Shown: positions 52,580-62,113 of the stretch, piece by piece
Layout: every line of letters starts with the position of its first letter
How positions within the stretch are numbered: the first letter of the stretch is position 1
Assembly (NCBI GenBank): GCA_002069815.1
Contig: MWCB01000003.1
Location: 1,438-65,437, forward strand
Source of the DNA: Tenericutes bacterium ADurb.Bin239
GTDB lineage: Bacteria > Bacillota_I > Bacilli_A > RFN20 > CAG-826
Direction of reading: 5' to 3'
DNA: 64,000 nt
The notes under the pieces: generated by a model
Database searches by the model: none
What the model was told of the DNA's origin: nothing
What the model saw: the letters and a program-made list of their open reading frames with translations, nothing else
Translations under genes and position numbers: made by a program

Positions 52580-53926
52580 ATGAAAAAGATCGCCGCGATT
52601 TTCAAGAATAAAGAAATTGTCGATCGTATCTTCTTTACGATCATGATTATGTTTGTCTTCCGAATTGGCGCCGCGATTACGGTTCCCGGTGTCACGCTTA
52701 GCGACTTTTCATTCCAAAATAACGATGCATTTGGATTGATGAACCTTTTAGGCGGCGGAACACTTCAACAATTTAGTGTTTTTGCCTTAGGGGTTAGTCC
52801 TTATATTACCGCCTCGATTATTGTCCAACTTTTATCAATGGACGTCCTTCCCGCCCTTACTGACCTTGCTAATCAAGGAGATTATGGTCGAAAGAAAATG
52901 GAAATGACAAATCGTTACTTAACGCTGATGTTAGGAGCGGTGCAAGCTTATGGCGTTATCGTTACGATGGAAAATCAAAGTTATATTACGCTCAAAGAAT
53001 CTAATTTTTGGACCTATGCTTATATTATTACAGTTATGCTCGCGGGCACGATGCTTGTAATGTGGCTGGGCGACCAAATTAGTAGTAAAGGAATTGGTAA
53101 CGGTATCTCGATGATTATCTTCGCTGGTATCGTTAGTAGTTTACCGCAACAAATTATCCGAGCTTACCAAAACTGGTTAAGTGATAAAGTGGGGCAAGGG
53201 AGTCAACAATTATTCCTTGGTTTACTCCAGTTCGGAGTTTATGTTCTTAGTTTTCTCGCTATTATTGGTTTTATTACCTTTATTGAATCGAGTAAACGTA
53301 AAATTCCCGTGCAACATGCGGGTAAAAGCGGGCAAACCCGCAAGATGGCGCAAGCAAGTTTCTTGCCAATTAAGATCAATAGTGCTGGGGTTATTCCTGT
53401 CATCTTTGCGTCTAGTATTATGATGGCGCCATCAATCATCGCTTCCTTTATTAGTGGGTCTAATTTAGATGCAGAATGGTTGAAGATTTTTAACTCAAGT
53501 GCGACGGTGAAGATGCCTTGGTTTAACGAAAAGACGTGGCAAATGCCGTGGGGATTATTAATTTACTTGTTCCTGATTGTAGTATTTGCTTTCTTCTACG
53601 CTAAACTACAAATCAATCCGGAAAAACTCGCGGAAAACTTCCAAAAGAATGGTAGTTATATACCAGGCGTTCGGCCCGGTGCTGAAACTGAACGCTATGT
53701 CTCAAAAGTTCTTAACCGCATTACCGTTCTTGGGGCCTTTAGTCTCGCACTTATTGCCGCCTTACCGATTATTTTAGTCTTACTTAAAGTTGTTCCTGAC
53801 CAAAGTTTAGCCTTAGGGGGAACGGGACTTATCATTGTCGTTGGGGTAGCAATTGAAATTAATAACCAAATTGATGGGCTTCTTGCTGGTAAATCATACG
53901 ATGAAGGAAGCATTTTAGGAGGTTAG
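52580..53926 (+). CDS. secY: Preprotein translocase subunit SecY
   Basis: 448 aa, 10 TM segments, canonical position after rplO. Confidence 0.96.
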   Translation: MKKIAAIFKNKEIVDRIFFTIMIMFVFRIGAAITVPGVTLSDFSFQNNDAFGLMNLLGGGTLQQFSVFALGVSPYITASIIVQLLSMDVLPALTDLANQGDYGRKKMEMTNRYLTLMLGAVQAYGVIVTMENQSYITLKESNFWTYAYIITVMLAGTMLVMWLGDQISSKGIGNGISMIIFAGIVSSLPQQIIRAYQNWLSDKVGQGSQQLFLGLLQFGVYVLSFLAIIGFITFIESSKRKIPVQHAGKSGQTRKMAQASFLPIKINSAGVIPVIFASSIMMAPSIIASFISGSNLDAEWLKIFNSSATVKMPWFNEKTWQMPWGLLIYLFLIVVFAFFYAKLQINPEKLAENFQKNGSYIPGVRPGAETERYVSKVLNRITVLGAFSLALIAALPIILVLLKVVPDQSLALGGTGLIIVVGVAIEINNQIDGLLAGKSYDEGSILGG

Positions 53927-53930
53927 GTGT

Positions 53931-54590
53931 ATGTGTAATATTATTTTACTTGGACCCCCGGGAGCGGGTAAAGGCACACTCGCCAAACAACTAATTAGTG
54001 TATATAACATTCCGCATATATCCACTGGCGATATGTTCCGTGAAGCGATTAAAGATGGAACTCCACTAGGACGACTAGCGGCAAGTTATATAAATGAAGG
54101 ACATTTAGTGCCTGATGAAGTAACTATTAGCCTAGTGCGGGAACGTCTTAGTCAAAAAGATTGTGAACATGGTTACTTATTAGATGGGTTTCCTAGAACC
54201 CTCCCCCAAGCTGAAGCGCTTGACACGATTGGGAAAGACTTAAAGCGGCCAATTCGCGTTGTCATTAATATTACAGCGGATGAAGAAGAATTAGTCCGGC
54301 GTATCAGCGGACGGCGGGTTTGCCGTAAATGCGGTACCCCTTACCACATCGATACGATGCGTCCCAAGGAAGAAGGTGTGTGCGATGCTTGTGGTGGTGA
54401 AATCTACCAACGGAAAGACGACACCAAAGAAAGTCTGTTAGTGCGTTTAAACCACTACTACGCCGACACAAAGCCGCTTGAAGACTATTACGCAAAACAT
54501 GGTGTTCTCTACGAAGTAGACAGTACTGTGGGGCCGAAGAAATCACTTAAAATTGCGCAAAAAATTATTGAAGGAGCTAAATGTGATTAG
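53931..54590 (+). CDS. adk: Adenylate kinase (zinc-lid type)
   Basis: GPPGAGKGT P-loop. The lid carries CRKC...CDAC. Confidence 0.96.
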   Translation: MCNIILLGPPGAGKGTLAKQLISVYNIPHISTGDMFREAIKDGTPLGRLAASYINEGHLVPDEVTISLVRERLSQKDCEHGYLLDGFPRTLPQAEALDTIGKDLKRPIRVVINITADEEELVRRISGRRVCRKCGTPYHIDTMRPKEEGVCDACGGEIYQRKDDTKESLLVRLNHYYADTKPLEDYYAKHGVLYEVDSTVGPKKSLKIAQKIIEGAKCD

Positions 54591-55341
54591 TCTCAAATCA
54601 CCCCGCGAAATTCGCTTAATAAAGGAAGCAGGTCGAATTGTTAACTTAGTGTTCAAAGAAGTGGAAACTAAGTTAAGACCTGGTATGTCCACGGCGGATG
54701 TTGATAAACTAGCGCTTGACGTAATCATACGTGAAGGTGGAATTCCGACCTTCAAGGGTTATGGCGGCTTTAGTGGGAATGTCTGTGTGTCAGTAAATGA
54801 TACATTGATTCACGGGATTCCAAGCACTCGCGAAATTATTAAAGACGGCGACATTGTCAGTGTCGACGTTGGGGTTACGAAAGATGGGTATGTGGCTGAT
54901 GCGGCGCGTACATTCCCTGTTGGAAATGTAAGTGAGGCCGCGCGCAAACTCGTTGAAGTTACCGAAGAGAGCTTCTGGTATGCTGTTGATAAGGCGGCCA
55001 AACCCGGAAACTATGTCGGAGATATCAGTCACGCGATTTATGAATACGCGTCAAGTCGTGGGTATACACTCACGCAAGAGTACACGGGTCACGGTGTGGG
55101 GCGTAAGCTCCATGAACCGCCTGCTGTACCTAATGTTGGTAAACCAAAAACTGGTGTCATGCTTAAAGTCGGGATGACATTAGCAATAGAACCAATGTTA
55201 AACGAAGGGTTAGTCGACCTTATCGTCTTAAAAGACGGGTGGACCGTCAAAACAAAAGATGGTAAATTAGCGAGCCACTATGAAAACACCATCGTTATTA
55301 CCGAAACAGGCTACGAAGTATTAACTATGGAGGAAAAGTAA
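54583..55341 (+). CDS. map: Methionine aminopeptidase type I
   Basis: GTG 54583 follows GAAGGAG and overlaps the adk end by 8 nt. Metal ligands D..D..H..E..E are in the expected order. Confidence 0.93.
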   Translation: MISLKSPREIRLIKEAGRIVNLVFKEVETKLRPGMSTADVDKLALDVIIREGGIPTFKGYGGFSGNVCVSVNDTLIHGIPSTREIIKDGDIVSVDVGVTKDGYVADAARTFPVGNVSEAARKLVEVTEESFWYAVDKAAKPGNYVGDISHAIYEYASSRGYTLTQEYTGHGVGRKLHEPPAVPNVGKPKTGVMLKVGMTLAIEPMLNEGLVDLIVLKDGWTVKTKDGKLASHYENTIVITETGYEVLTMEEK

Positions 55342-55559
55342 TGAGCAAGTCGAACGTAATTACCGTCGAGGCGAAAGTAATTGAATGTTTACCGGGAGTT
55401 AACTTCCGCGTTCAATTAGACAACGGACACATTATTTTGGCCCACGTTTCTGGTAAAATCAGGATGTATAACATTCGCATTCTACCAGGTGATCGTGTCG
55501 CTGTTGAAATTTCGCCCTATGATTTAACACGGGGCCGCATTACATATCGGTATAGATAA
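55341..55559 (+). CDS. infA: Translation initiation factor IF-1
   Basis: 72 aa S1-like, [20 protein letters not shown]. Confidence 0.97.
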   Translation: MSKSNVITVEAKVIECLPGVNFRVQLDNGHIILAHVSGKIRMYNIRILPGDRVAVEISPYDLTRGRITYRYR

Positions 55560-55582
55560 CCGAATAAAAGGAGGAAATTATT

Positions 55583-55696
55583 ATGAAAGTAAGAGCCTCA
55601 GTCAAACCAATTTGCGATAAATGCCGGGTTATCCGTCGGAAAGGGACCGTTATGGTCATTTGCGAAAATCCGAAGCATAAGCAAAGACAAGGATAA
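55583..55696 (+). CDS. rpmJ: 50S ribosomal protein L36
   Basis: Own ORF call, below the track cutoff: [45 protein letters not shown]. Confidence 0.95.
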   Translation: MKVRASVKPICDKCRVIRRKGTVMVICENPKHKQRQG

Positions 55697-55708
55697 GGAG
55701 GAAAGAAT

Positions 55709-56086
55709 ATGGCACGTATTGTTGGTGTAGATATTCCAAATGATAAGCGCGTTGTCGTTAGTTTACAATATATTTATGGTATTGGTCCGACGACCGCTAA
55801 GAAGATTTTAGCCGCGGTTAAAATTGATGAAAATATTCGCGTTAAAGACTTAACCGAAGAAGAGTTAGGCGCTATTCGTCAAGAAATTACGAAATATCGC
55901 GTTGAAGGCGATGCGCGGCGTCAAGTAGCCTTAAATATTAAACGATTAAATGAAATTGGTTCATACCGTGGGATGCGTCATCGTCGTGGGTTACCCGTTC
56001 GCGGGCAACGCACGAAAACAAACGCAAGAACGCGCAAAGGACCAAAGAAAACGATTGCTAATAAGAAGCAAGCGTCCCAAGGTTAA
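55709..56086 (+). CDS. rpsM: 30S ribosomal protein S13
   Basis: [15 protein letters not shown]... Confidence 0.98.
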   Translation: MARIVGVDIPNDKRVVVSLQYIYGIGPTTAKKILAAVKIDENIRVKDLTEEELGAIRQEITKYRVEGDARRQVALNIKRLNEIGSYRGMRHRRGLPVRGQRTKTNARTRKGPKKTIANKKQASQG

Positions 56087-56106
56087 GGAAGGAGTGAACG
56101 TAAATT

Positions 56107-56505
56107 ATGTCAAAAAAAGCACGCAGAACTACGACAAGACGACGCCGAATACGTCGTTCTTATACCGCTTGTATCGCCCATATTCACTCAACCTTCAATA
56201 ACACAATCGTTACTATTACTGATGAAGACGGCAACGCCATCAGTTGGAGTAGTGCGGGTGCCTTAGGTTTCAAGGGTAGTAAGAAAAGTACAGCATGGGC
56301 CGCCCAATTAGCTGGCGAAGCTGCGGCGAAAGTAGCAGTGGAACAAGGTCTTAAAACGGTCGATGTTAAAGTTAAAGGTCCAGGACAAGGTCGGGAAGCC
56401 GCTATTCGTGCGCTTGCCCTAGCAGGACTTACTATTACCGGAATTGAAGATACAACCCCAATTCCACATAACGGGTGTCGGCCACCGAAACGGCCACGCG
56501 GATAA
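56107..56505 (+). CDS. rpsK: 30S ribosomal protein S11
   Basis: [19 protein letters not shown]...WSSAG. Confidence 0.98.
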   Translation: MSKKARRTTTRRRRIRRSYTACIAHIHSTFNNTIVTITDEDGNAISWSSAGALGFKGSKKSTAWAAQLAGEAAAKVAVEQGLKTVDVKVKGPGQGREAAIRALALAGLTITGIEDTTPIPHNGCRPPKRPRG

Positions 56506-56514
56506 GGAGGCAAC

Positions 56515-57492
56515 ATGAGTAATATTATCATCCCATTCAATCCTACCGTTTTTAAGGAAAAGAATTATTACGCCACTGATAACTATGACAAATTTGAACT
56601 TGAACCACTTGAAAGAGGCTTTGGTCAAACCCTTGGAAACTCATTCCGTCGTTTGCTTTTAAGCGCTCTTCCTGGCGCAAGTGTCTTTGCTATTACAATT
56701 GAAGGGGCACGTCACGAATTTGCAACTCTGCCTGGAGTTGTTGAAGATGTGACTATGATTACTTTAAATCTTAAACAATTAATTCTCAAGATTGAAGACA
56801 AAGATACGACGATTAAACGTCTGGAAGTTGATGTACAAGGACCAGCAGTGGTCACTGGAGCGGATATTACTCTTCCTTACGGTGTCGAAGTTATTAACCA
56901 AGACTTAGTTATCGCTAATGTCGCCGAAGGTGGTCACTTAAAGATGACTATCTTTGCGCGTAATGGGCGCGGCTATGTCACGAGTGAAGCTAACAAAGCC
57001 GAATGTCAAAAAGTAGGTGGAGCCATTGGTGTTATCGCCACTGATTCAAACTATTCGCCAGTTACAAAAGTTAACTATACCGTGTCAAACACCCGTGTCG
57101 GACACGATGAAAATTATGATCGCTTAACCCTTGAAGTGTGGACAGACGGTTCCGTTACTCCCCAAACTGCGGTCGCCCTTAGTGCCAAAATCTTAATTGA
57201 GCACTATAAACCGTTCCTTGATTTAGAAGAATCAACGATCGACGTTGAAGTCTTCGCCGAACAAGAAGCCCAAGCACCAGCGGCGATGGAAGATAAGAAG
57301 ATTGAAGAACTTGACATCAGTGTCCGTTCTTATAACTGCTTAAAACGCGCTGGAATTCAAACGGTCCTTGAACTTGCAAGTAAAACGGAAGAAGAAATTC
57401 TTAAAGTTCGAGCATTAGGCAAAAAATCATTTAAGGAAATTAAAGACAAACTTAAAGAACTCGGCCTTAACTTCCGAGGCAGTGTAGAATAG
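56515..57492 (+). CDS. rpoA: DNA-directed RNA polymerase alpha subunit
   Basis: FELEPLERGFGQTLGNSFRRLLLS, with the C-terminal domain LDISVRSYNCLKRAGI. Confidence 0.97.
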   Translation: MSNIIIPFNPTVFKEKNYYATDNYDKFELEPLERGFGQTLGNSFRRLLLSALPGASVFAITIEGARHEFATLPGVVEDVTMITLNLKQLILKIEDKDTTIKRLEVDVQGPAVVTGADITLPYGVEVINQDLVIANVAEGGHLKMTIFARNGRGYVTSEANKAECQKVGGAIGVIATDSNYSPVTKVNYTVSNTRVGHDENYDRLTLEVWTDGSVTPQTAVALSAKILIEHYKPFLDLEESTIDVEVFAEQEAQAPAAMEDKKIEELDISVRSYNCLKRAGIQTVLELASKTEEEILKVRALGKKSFKEIKDKLKELGLNFRGSVE

Positions 57493-57501
57493 AGGTACAA
57501 T

Positions 57502-57903
57502 ATGCCAGCACAAGGTAGAAAAAACGTCCGGGGTAAAGCCGGAGTCCGCTTTAAGGCGGGATATACAAAAAGCAAAGACAAAGCAATGATTCGTAACGTT
57601 TCAAGTGAACTTATCGTTTACGGAAAAGTTACCTTAATTGCTAAAGTTGGTAGTCAAGTCCAACGTGAAGTTGAAAAACTTATTACCCTTGCTAAACGTG
57701 GGGACTTACATTCACGTCGTTTAGCCGCGGCTCGTTTACGGGATGGCATTAAACGAAATGATGGTGTTAAAGCTCTCGATGTTCTCTTTGATGAACTCGG
57801 ACCGCGTTTTAAAAATCGCCAAGGTGGTTACACTCGGATTCTTAAGTTAGGTCCACGTCGTGGTGACAATGCTCCGATGGTCATCTTAGAATTTGTCGAT
57901 TAA
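57502..57903 (+). CDS. rplQ: 50S ribosomal protein L17 (N-terminus extended by about 13 aa)
   Basis: KLITLAKRGDLHSRR...RQGGYTRILKLGPRRGD. Confidence 0.95.
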   Translation: MPAQGRKNVRGKAGVRFKAGYTKSKDKAMIRNVSSELIVYGKVTLIAKVGSQVQREVEKLITLAKRGDLHSRRLAAARLRDGIKRNDGVKALDVLFDELGPRFKNRQGGYTRILKLGPRRGDNAPMVILEFVD

Positions 57904-57926
57904 GGCGCGTTTATTAAATTTAAAAG

Positions 57927-57954
57927 AAGCCTAGCCTCGCGGTTAGGCTTTTTA
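57927..57954 (+). terminator. Rho-independent terminator of the alpha operon
   Basis: AAGCCTAGCC-tcgc-GGTTAGGCTT followed by TTT. Confidence 0.8.
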
Positions 57955-58034
57955 ATTTTAGCGCTCAAAAAGTGATAATACTTTGCAAAAAGCATGTATT
58001 TAATATAATATTAAATTGAATAAAGGAGAAAAAT

Positions 58035-58580
58035 ATGCGTATCTCAATTAACACGAAAGTTAGCTTTGGAGTAACCGTCTTTACCAGCGTTGCTCTTATT
58101 ATTATTGGCGCTATGATTGTTAAGTATAGCGTTGACAATTTAGCCGAGAGTTTATTCTACCTAATTGGCATTGTTTTAGCTTTAGTCGGTTTCATTAATT
58201 TGCTAAATTATGTGTCTGGTCGAACGAAAAAGGTTACGGTCGCCGAATACATATTTAGTATTTTCTTAATGATCCTTGGGATTGTTGTCGCGGTCTTTAG
58301 CCGCAATATTCAAGCTTATGGTTTACTTGTTATTGGGATTCTCTTTGTAATGCTTGGTATATATGATATTGTCCTTTACATTCGCACGAAAGCGACGATA
58401 ACGCTAGTTGTAGGCATTTTACGACTTGTTATTGGCACGGCCTTTATCGTTTCTGGGTTTAGTGAAGTTTTACTTGCAGGCGATGAATTCTCGCAACGAC
58501 TATGGTTAGCCATTGGTTATTTCTCCATTGTGTTAGGGGTCACCTTCCTTGTTCTTGATACATTCCAAGTTACCGAATAG
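58035..58580 (+). CDS. Hypothetical membrane protein (about 6 TM, internally repetitive)
   Basis: 181 aa, hydrophobic. SD AAAGGAG. No recognisable motif. Confidence 0.5.
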   Translation: MRISINTKVSFGVTVFTSVALIIIGAMIVKYSVDNLAESLFYLIGIVLALVGFINLLNYVSGRTKKVTVAEYIFSIFLMILGIVVAVFSRNIQAYGLLVIGILFVMLGIYDIVLYIRTKATITLVVGILRLVIGTAFIVSGFSEVLLAGDEFSQRLWLAIGYFSIVLGVTFLVLDTFQVTE

Positions 58581-58582
58581 TT

Positions 58583-59251
58583 ATGAGTTATAAACATGTT
58601 ATTTTCGATTTAGATGGAACGCTTTTAGATACGATTCCTGATTTGCTCTATAACTTAAATAGAACATTTAGTGAACTAGGGCTGCCTGGTAAATTTTCAG
58701 AAGCGGAAATGGCGACTTTTTTAGGGAGTGGAAAAGATGAACAAATAAGAAGAGCACTCACAGCGAGACACTTAAATCATGATAAGTACTTTGCTAAAGT
58801 TAATGCCCTTTTGTCCGTGTATTACGTACAAAATAACCATAATCACACCCAGATTTTTAAAGGTATTCCTGAAACTTTAGATTATCTTAAAAAAAGAGGG
58901 ATTGAGCTTTATGTTGCCACGAATAAACCTGATCATGTCGCTAAAGAAGTAGTTAAACATTTTTTTGGCGACGACATTTTTGCGAGAGTGCGCGGTGATA
59001 AAGGGGACGGTATTATTAAACCAAATCCAAAGTTTTTAAATGCTATTACGAAGAATATTAGTGATCCGCTTGACACCATTCTTTTTGTGGGCGATAGTAA
59101 CGTTGACTACTTATCAGCGAAAAATGCGGGCGTGATGTGTGCAATTGTTCCGCACGGGTATGACCATAAAGTGCTTACTATTAAAGAAAAAGGAATCATA
59201 TTCTTAAAAAAAGTTAGTGACATCCACGATTTAATCGCCGTTAACAATTAA
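58583..59251 (+). CDS. HAD-IA family phosphatase (phosphoglycolate phosphatase/PpaX-like)
   Basis: VIFDLDGTLLDT (motif I), VATNK, GDSNVD (motif IV). Confidence 0.75.
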   Translation: MSYKHVIFDLDGTLLDTIPDLLYNLNRTFSELGLPGKFSEAEMATFLGSGKDEQIRRALTARHLNHDKYFAKVNALLSVYYVQNNHNHTQIFKGIPETLDYLKKRGIELYVATNKPDHVAKEVVKHFFGDDIFARVRGDKGDGIIKPNPKFLNAITKNISDPLDTILFVGDSNVDYLSAKNAGVMCAIVPHGYDHKVLTIKEKGIIFLKKVSDIHDLIAVNN

Positions 59252-59291
59252 GGAATACGCTAATTATGCGTACGCATGATAAAATATTACT

Positions 59292-60623
59292 ATGAAAATC
59301 GTACTATACAATTCACTTACCAAACAGAAGGAAAATTTTATACCACTTAAAAAGGGCCATGTTTCCATGTATGTTTGTGGTCCAACAGTTTATGATTATG
59401 TTCATGTTGGTAATATGCGTCCAGTCGTTGTTTTTGACACGCTGCGGCGTTTTTTTGAACATGTCGGCTACAAAGTTACGTATGTTTCTAACTACACGGA
59501 TGTTGACGATCGCATTATTGAAAAAGCAGTTAACACTAATAAAAGTGAAAAAGAAATCAGTGAATTTTATATTAAAGCGTTTGAAGAATCAGCCACTAAA
59601 ATAAATGCTCTCAAACCTTCCTTTACGCCTAAGGCCACCGAACATGTTGCGAGTATGATTGAATTTATTAAGGTTTTAATTAATAAAGATGCAGCTTATG
59701 CAAATGATGGCGAAGTATTCTTTCGTGTCGGAAAAGTCCCAACTTATGGGGAATTATCGAATGTAACGCAGGATGAACTTCAAATCGGCGCCCGCATTGA
59801 TGCTAATCCCAAGAAAGAGCATCCGCATGACTTCTTACTTTGGAAAAAGACGGATGTCGGTATTCGGTGGGATTCACCTTGGGGCGAAGGAAGACCAGGA
59901 TGGCACACAGAGTGTGTGGTTATGATCAATGATATATTTGGTGAACCACTTATCGATATTCATGGTGGAGGTTTTGATCTTAAATTTCCACATCACGAAA
60001 ACGAGATAGCACAAGCTAGAGCCTACGCTGATAAAGGATTAGCTAACTATTGGTTACACAACGGTTTTATTAATTTAAATAATCAGAAAATGGCAAAGTC
60101 CACGGGTAACATTGTTACTGCCCGTGACTTTATCGAACAATATGGGGGAACATTATTACGCTTGTTGCTCTTATCAACGCACTATCGTAGTCCAGTAAAT
60201 TTAAGTGCGGATATTATTGAAAACACAAACAACGAAGTTGAACGACTTAAACGAACCAAACAAGCCTTAGTCCGTCATTTTGCTTTATATCCGCTAGTGT
60301 TAAAAGATGATTCACTATTAACAAAATTTAATGAAGAACTAGCCGATGACTTAAATACTCCTAATGCATTAAGTGAGTTATATGCGTTAGTTAAGGACAT
60401 AAATATCTTGTTAAGAGCGCCGCTAAAAGAGCCACAAAAATTAGCAAAATTAGCGGATGCTTTTGATGAAATGTTAAATATTTTAGGCCTTGATTTAGGC
60501 ATTAAAAAACTCGATAAAAAAGACGCGGAATTACTAAAAGAGTACGAAAATGCACGGAAAAACAAGGATTTTGCACGAAGTGACGCTTTACGTGAAGTGT
60601 TGCAAAAGAAGGGTATTTTTTAA
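59292..60623 (+). CDS. cysS: Cysteine--tRNA ligase
   Basis: CGPTVYDYVHVGN (HIGH), WHTEC, KMAKSTGN (KMSKS). Confidence 0.93.
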   Translation: MKIVLYNSLTKQKENFIPLKKGHVSMYVCGPTVYDYVHVGNMRPVVVFDTLRRFFEHVGYKVTYVSNYTDVDDRIIEKAVNTNKSEKEISEFYIKAFEESATKINALKPSFTPKATEHVASMIEFIKVLINKDAAYANDGEVFFRVGKVPTYGELSNVTQDELQIGARIDANPKKEHPHDFLLWKKTDVGIRWDSPWGEGRPGWHTECVVMINDIFGEPLIDIHGGGFDLKFPHHENEIAQARAYADKGLANYWLHNGFINLNNQKMAKSTGNIVTARDFIEQYGGTLLRLLLLSTHYRSPVNLSADIIENTNNEVERLKRTKQALVRHFALYPLVLKDDSLLTKFNEELADDLNTPNALSELYALVKDINILLRAPLKEPQKLAKLADAFDEMLNILGLDLGIKKLDKKDAELLKEYENARKNKDFARSDALREVLQKKGIF

Positions 60624-61354
60624 TGAACAATAACAACGAACGTACTCAACTAGCGTATGGTCGCAATAATGTTTTAGCATGTCTTGATTCGGGCATTGTC
60701 ATTAAACTTCTTTTTCAAGAAGGTTTTAGTGATGAAAAAATCGTTAAACTCGCTAATAAACAAAATTTAGAAATAGCATTTGTGAAGAAAAAAGAACTAA
60801 ATAATATGGTTGCAGGTAACCATCAAGGTGTGGCCGCAATTGTGAAGATGTTTAAGTTTAACCTTCTAGAAGAACTTATCATTGCCGCTAACAATGTGTC
60901 AAAACCTATTATTTTGGTGATAGATGAAATCAAAGATCCGCATAATCTCGGCGCCATTATTAGAAGCGCGGAAGCTTTTGGAGTAACGGGTATTGTTATG
61001 AAGAAAGACCGCCAAGTATCAATAACACCAACCGTAATGAAAGTTGCAACTGGCGCACAAAACAATATTCTTATTGCGCAAGTTACAAATTTATCGCAAG
61101 CACTCGAAAAACTTAAGAAGGCAGGGTTCTGGGTTGTTAGCACTGATTTAAAAGCTGAACAAAAGGTCAGCGATTTAAAATATGACTTTAAAACCGTGGT
61201 TATTATGGGGAATGAACATAAAGGTGTTTCGCCTTTACTAACTAAAAATAGTGATTTTGTCGTTAAAATTCCGATGCTTGGAAAGACAAATTCTCTTAAT
61301 GTAAGTGTCGCAACAGGCATTATTCTTGCACTAATTCGTCAAATTCAATTGTAG
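60623..61354 (+). CDS. rlmB: 23S rRNA (Gm2251) 2'-O-methyltransferase RlmB (SpoU/TrmH family)
   Basis: IKDPHNLGAIIRSAEAFG, GNEHKGVS, NSLNVSVATGI. Follows cysS as in Bacillus. Confidence 0.85.
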   Translation: MNNNNERTQLAYGRNNVLACLDSGIVIKLLFQEGFSDEKIVKLANKQNLEIAFVKKKELNNMVAGNHQGVAAIVKMFKFNLLEELIIAANNVSKPIILVIDEIKDPHNLGAIIRSAEAFGVTGIVMKKDRQVSITPTVMKVATGAQNNILIAQVTNLSQALEKLKKAGFWVVSTDLKAEQKVSDLKYDFKTVVIMGNEHKGVSPLLTKNSDFVVKIPMLGKTNSLNVSVATGIILALIRQIQL

Positions 61355-61395
61355 TTAATTATTATAAGATTAAAACAAACAGAAAGGTTCCTGCC

Positions 61396-62007
61396 ATGTA
61401 TACTAAAAGTTTTACATCAAATGAGCGAGCATTCCGCGCTTATATATCTGGGAATAAAGAAGCAATTAATTTAATTATTGCTAATTTTCAATTTTTCATA
61501 AGAAGTCGCGCTGGCTTACTAGCGTCCATTAACGATAAAAGTGGAGTTGATTATTTTGATTTAGAATTAGTCGGTCAAAGTGCACTTATTACGGCCGTGC
61601 GGACGTTCCGGGGTGATGCAACGCCTTTTGCCCCTTACGCTACGGTTGTTATTAATAACGCAATGTCTAATTACATCAAACAACAAAATAATTCCACAAA
61701 TAGTCTCTCGCGGTTTGGTCTTAGTCTTGACTCGAATTTATATGAAGATAACGATACATTTCTTATTTCTGATTCGGTGGCGAAAACGAGAGCAGATAAC
61801 GATTTAGGCATCTATACTCCCGCTAAAATCGGATTTTTTGAAGATCTTTTACCTATCTCTTTAACACCCTTAGAAATTTCGCTTATCAAAGGAAAAATAG
61901 CGGGGTACACTTATCAAGAAATGCAAAGAATATTCAAAATTCCTAAACGAAAACTAGATGCCACTATTGCTTCAATTAAAGAAAAGTGGCGAGCGTTGCT
62001 CTTTTAA
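61396..62007 (+). CDS. Sigma-70 family factor, SigH-like by position
   Basis: Region-2-like LITAVRTFRGD..PFAPYATVVINNAMSNYIK. C-terminal HTH GYTYQEMQRIFKIPKRKLDATI. Sits where sigH lies in Bacillus, between rlmB and rpmG-secE-nusG. Confidence 0.55.
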   Translation: MYTKSFTSNERAFRAYISGNKEAINLIIANFQFFIRSRAGLLASINDKSGVDYFDLELVGQSALITAVRTFRGDATPFAPYATVVINNAMSNYIKQQNNSTNSLSRFGLSLDSNLYEDNDTFLISDSVAKTRADNDLGIYTPAKIGFFEDLLPISLTPLEISLIKGKIAGYTYQEMQRIFKIPKRKLDATIASIKEKWRALLF

Positions 62008-62113
62008 GACGTGTTAAATAATTATTGTCAATAATAGTATCCCAATATTTTATATTGGGAGATGCTGAAAAAGTTATGTTTCATGATACAATAAATAAAG
62101 AGATTAACCAGAC

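Noticed and set aside
60823-61320. 165-aa minus-strand ORF inside rlmB
   Set aside because: It is antisense to a well-supported SpoU-family gene, with an odd composition and no start context.
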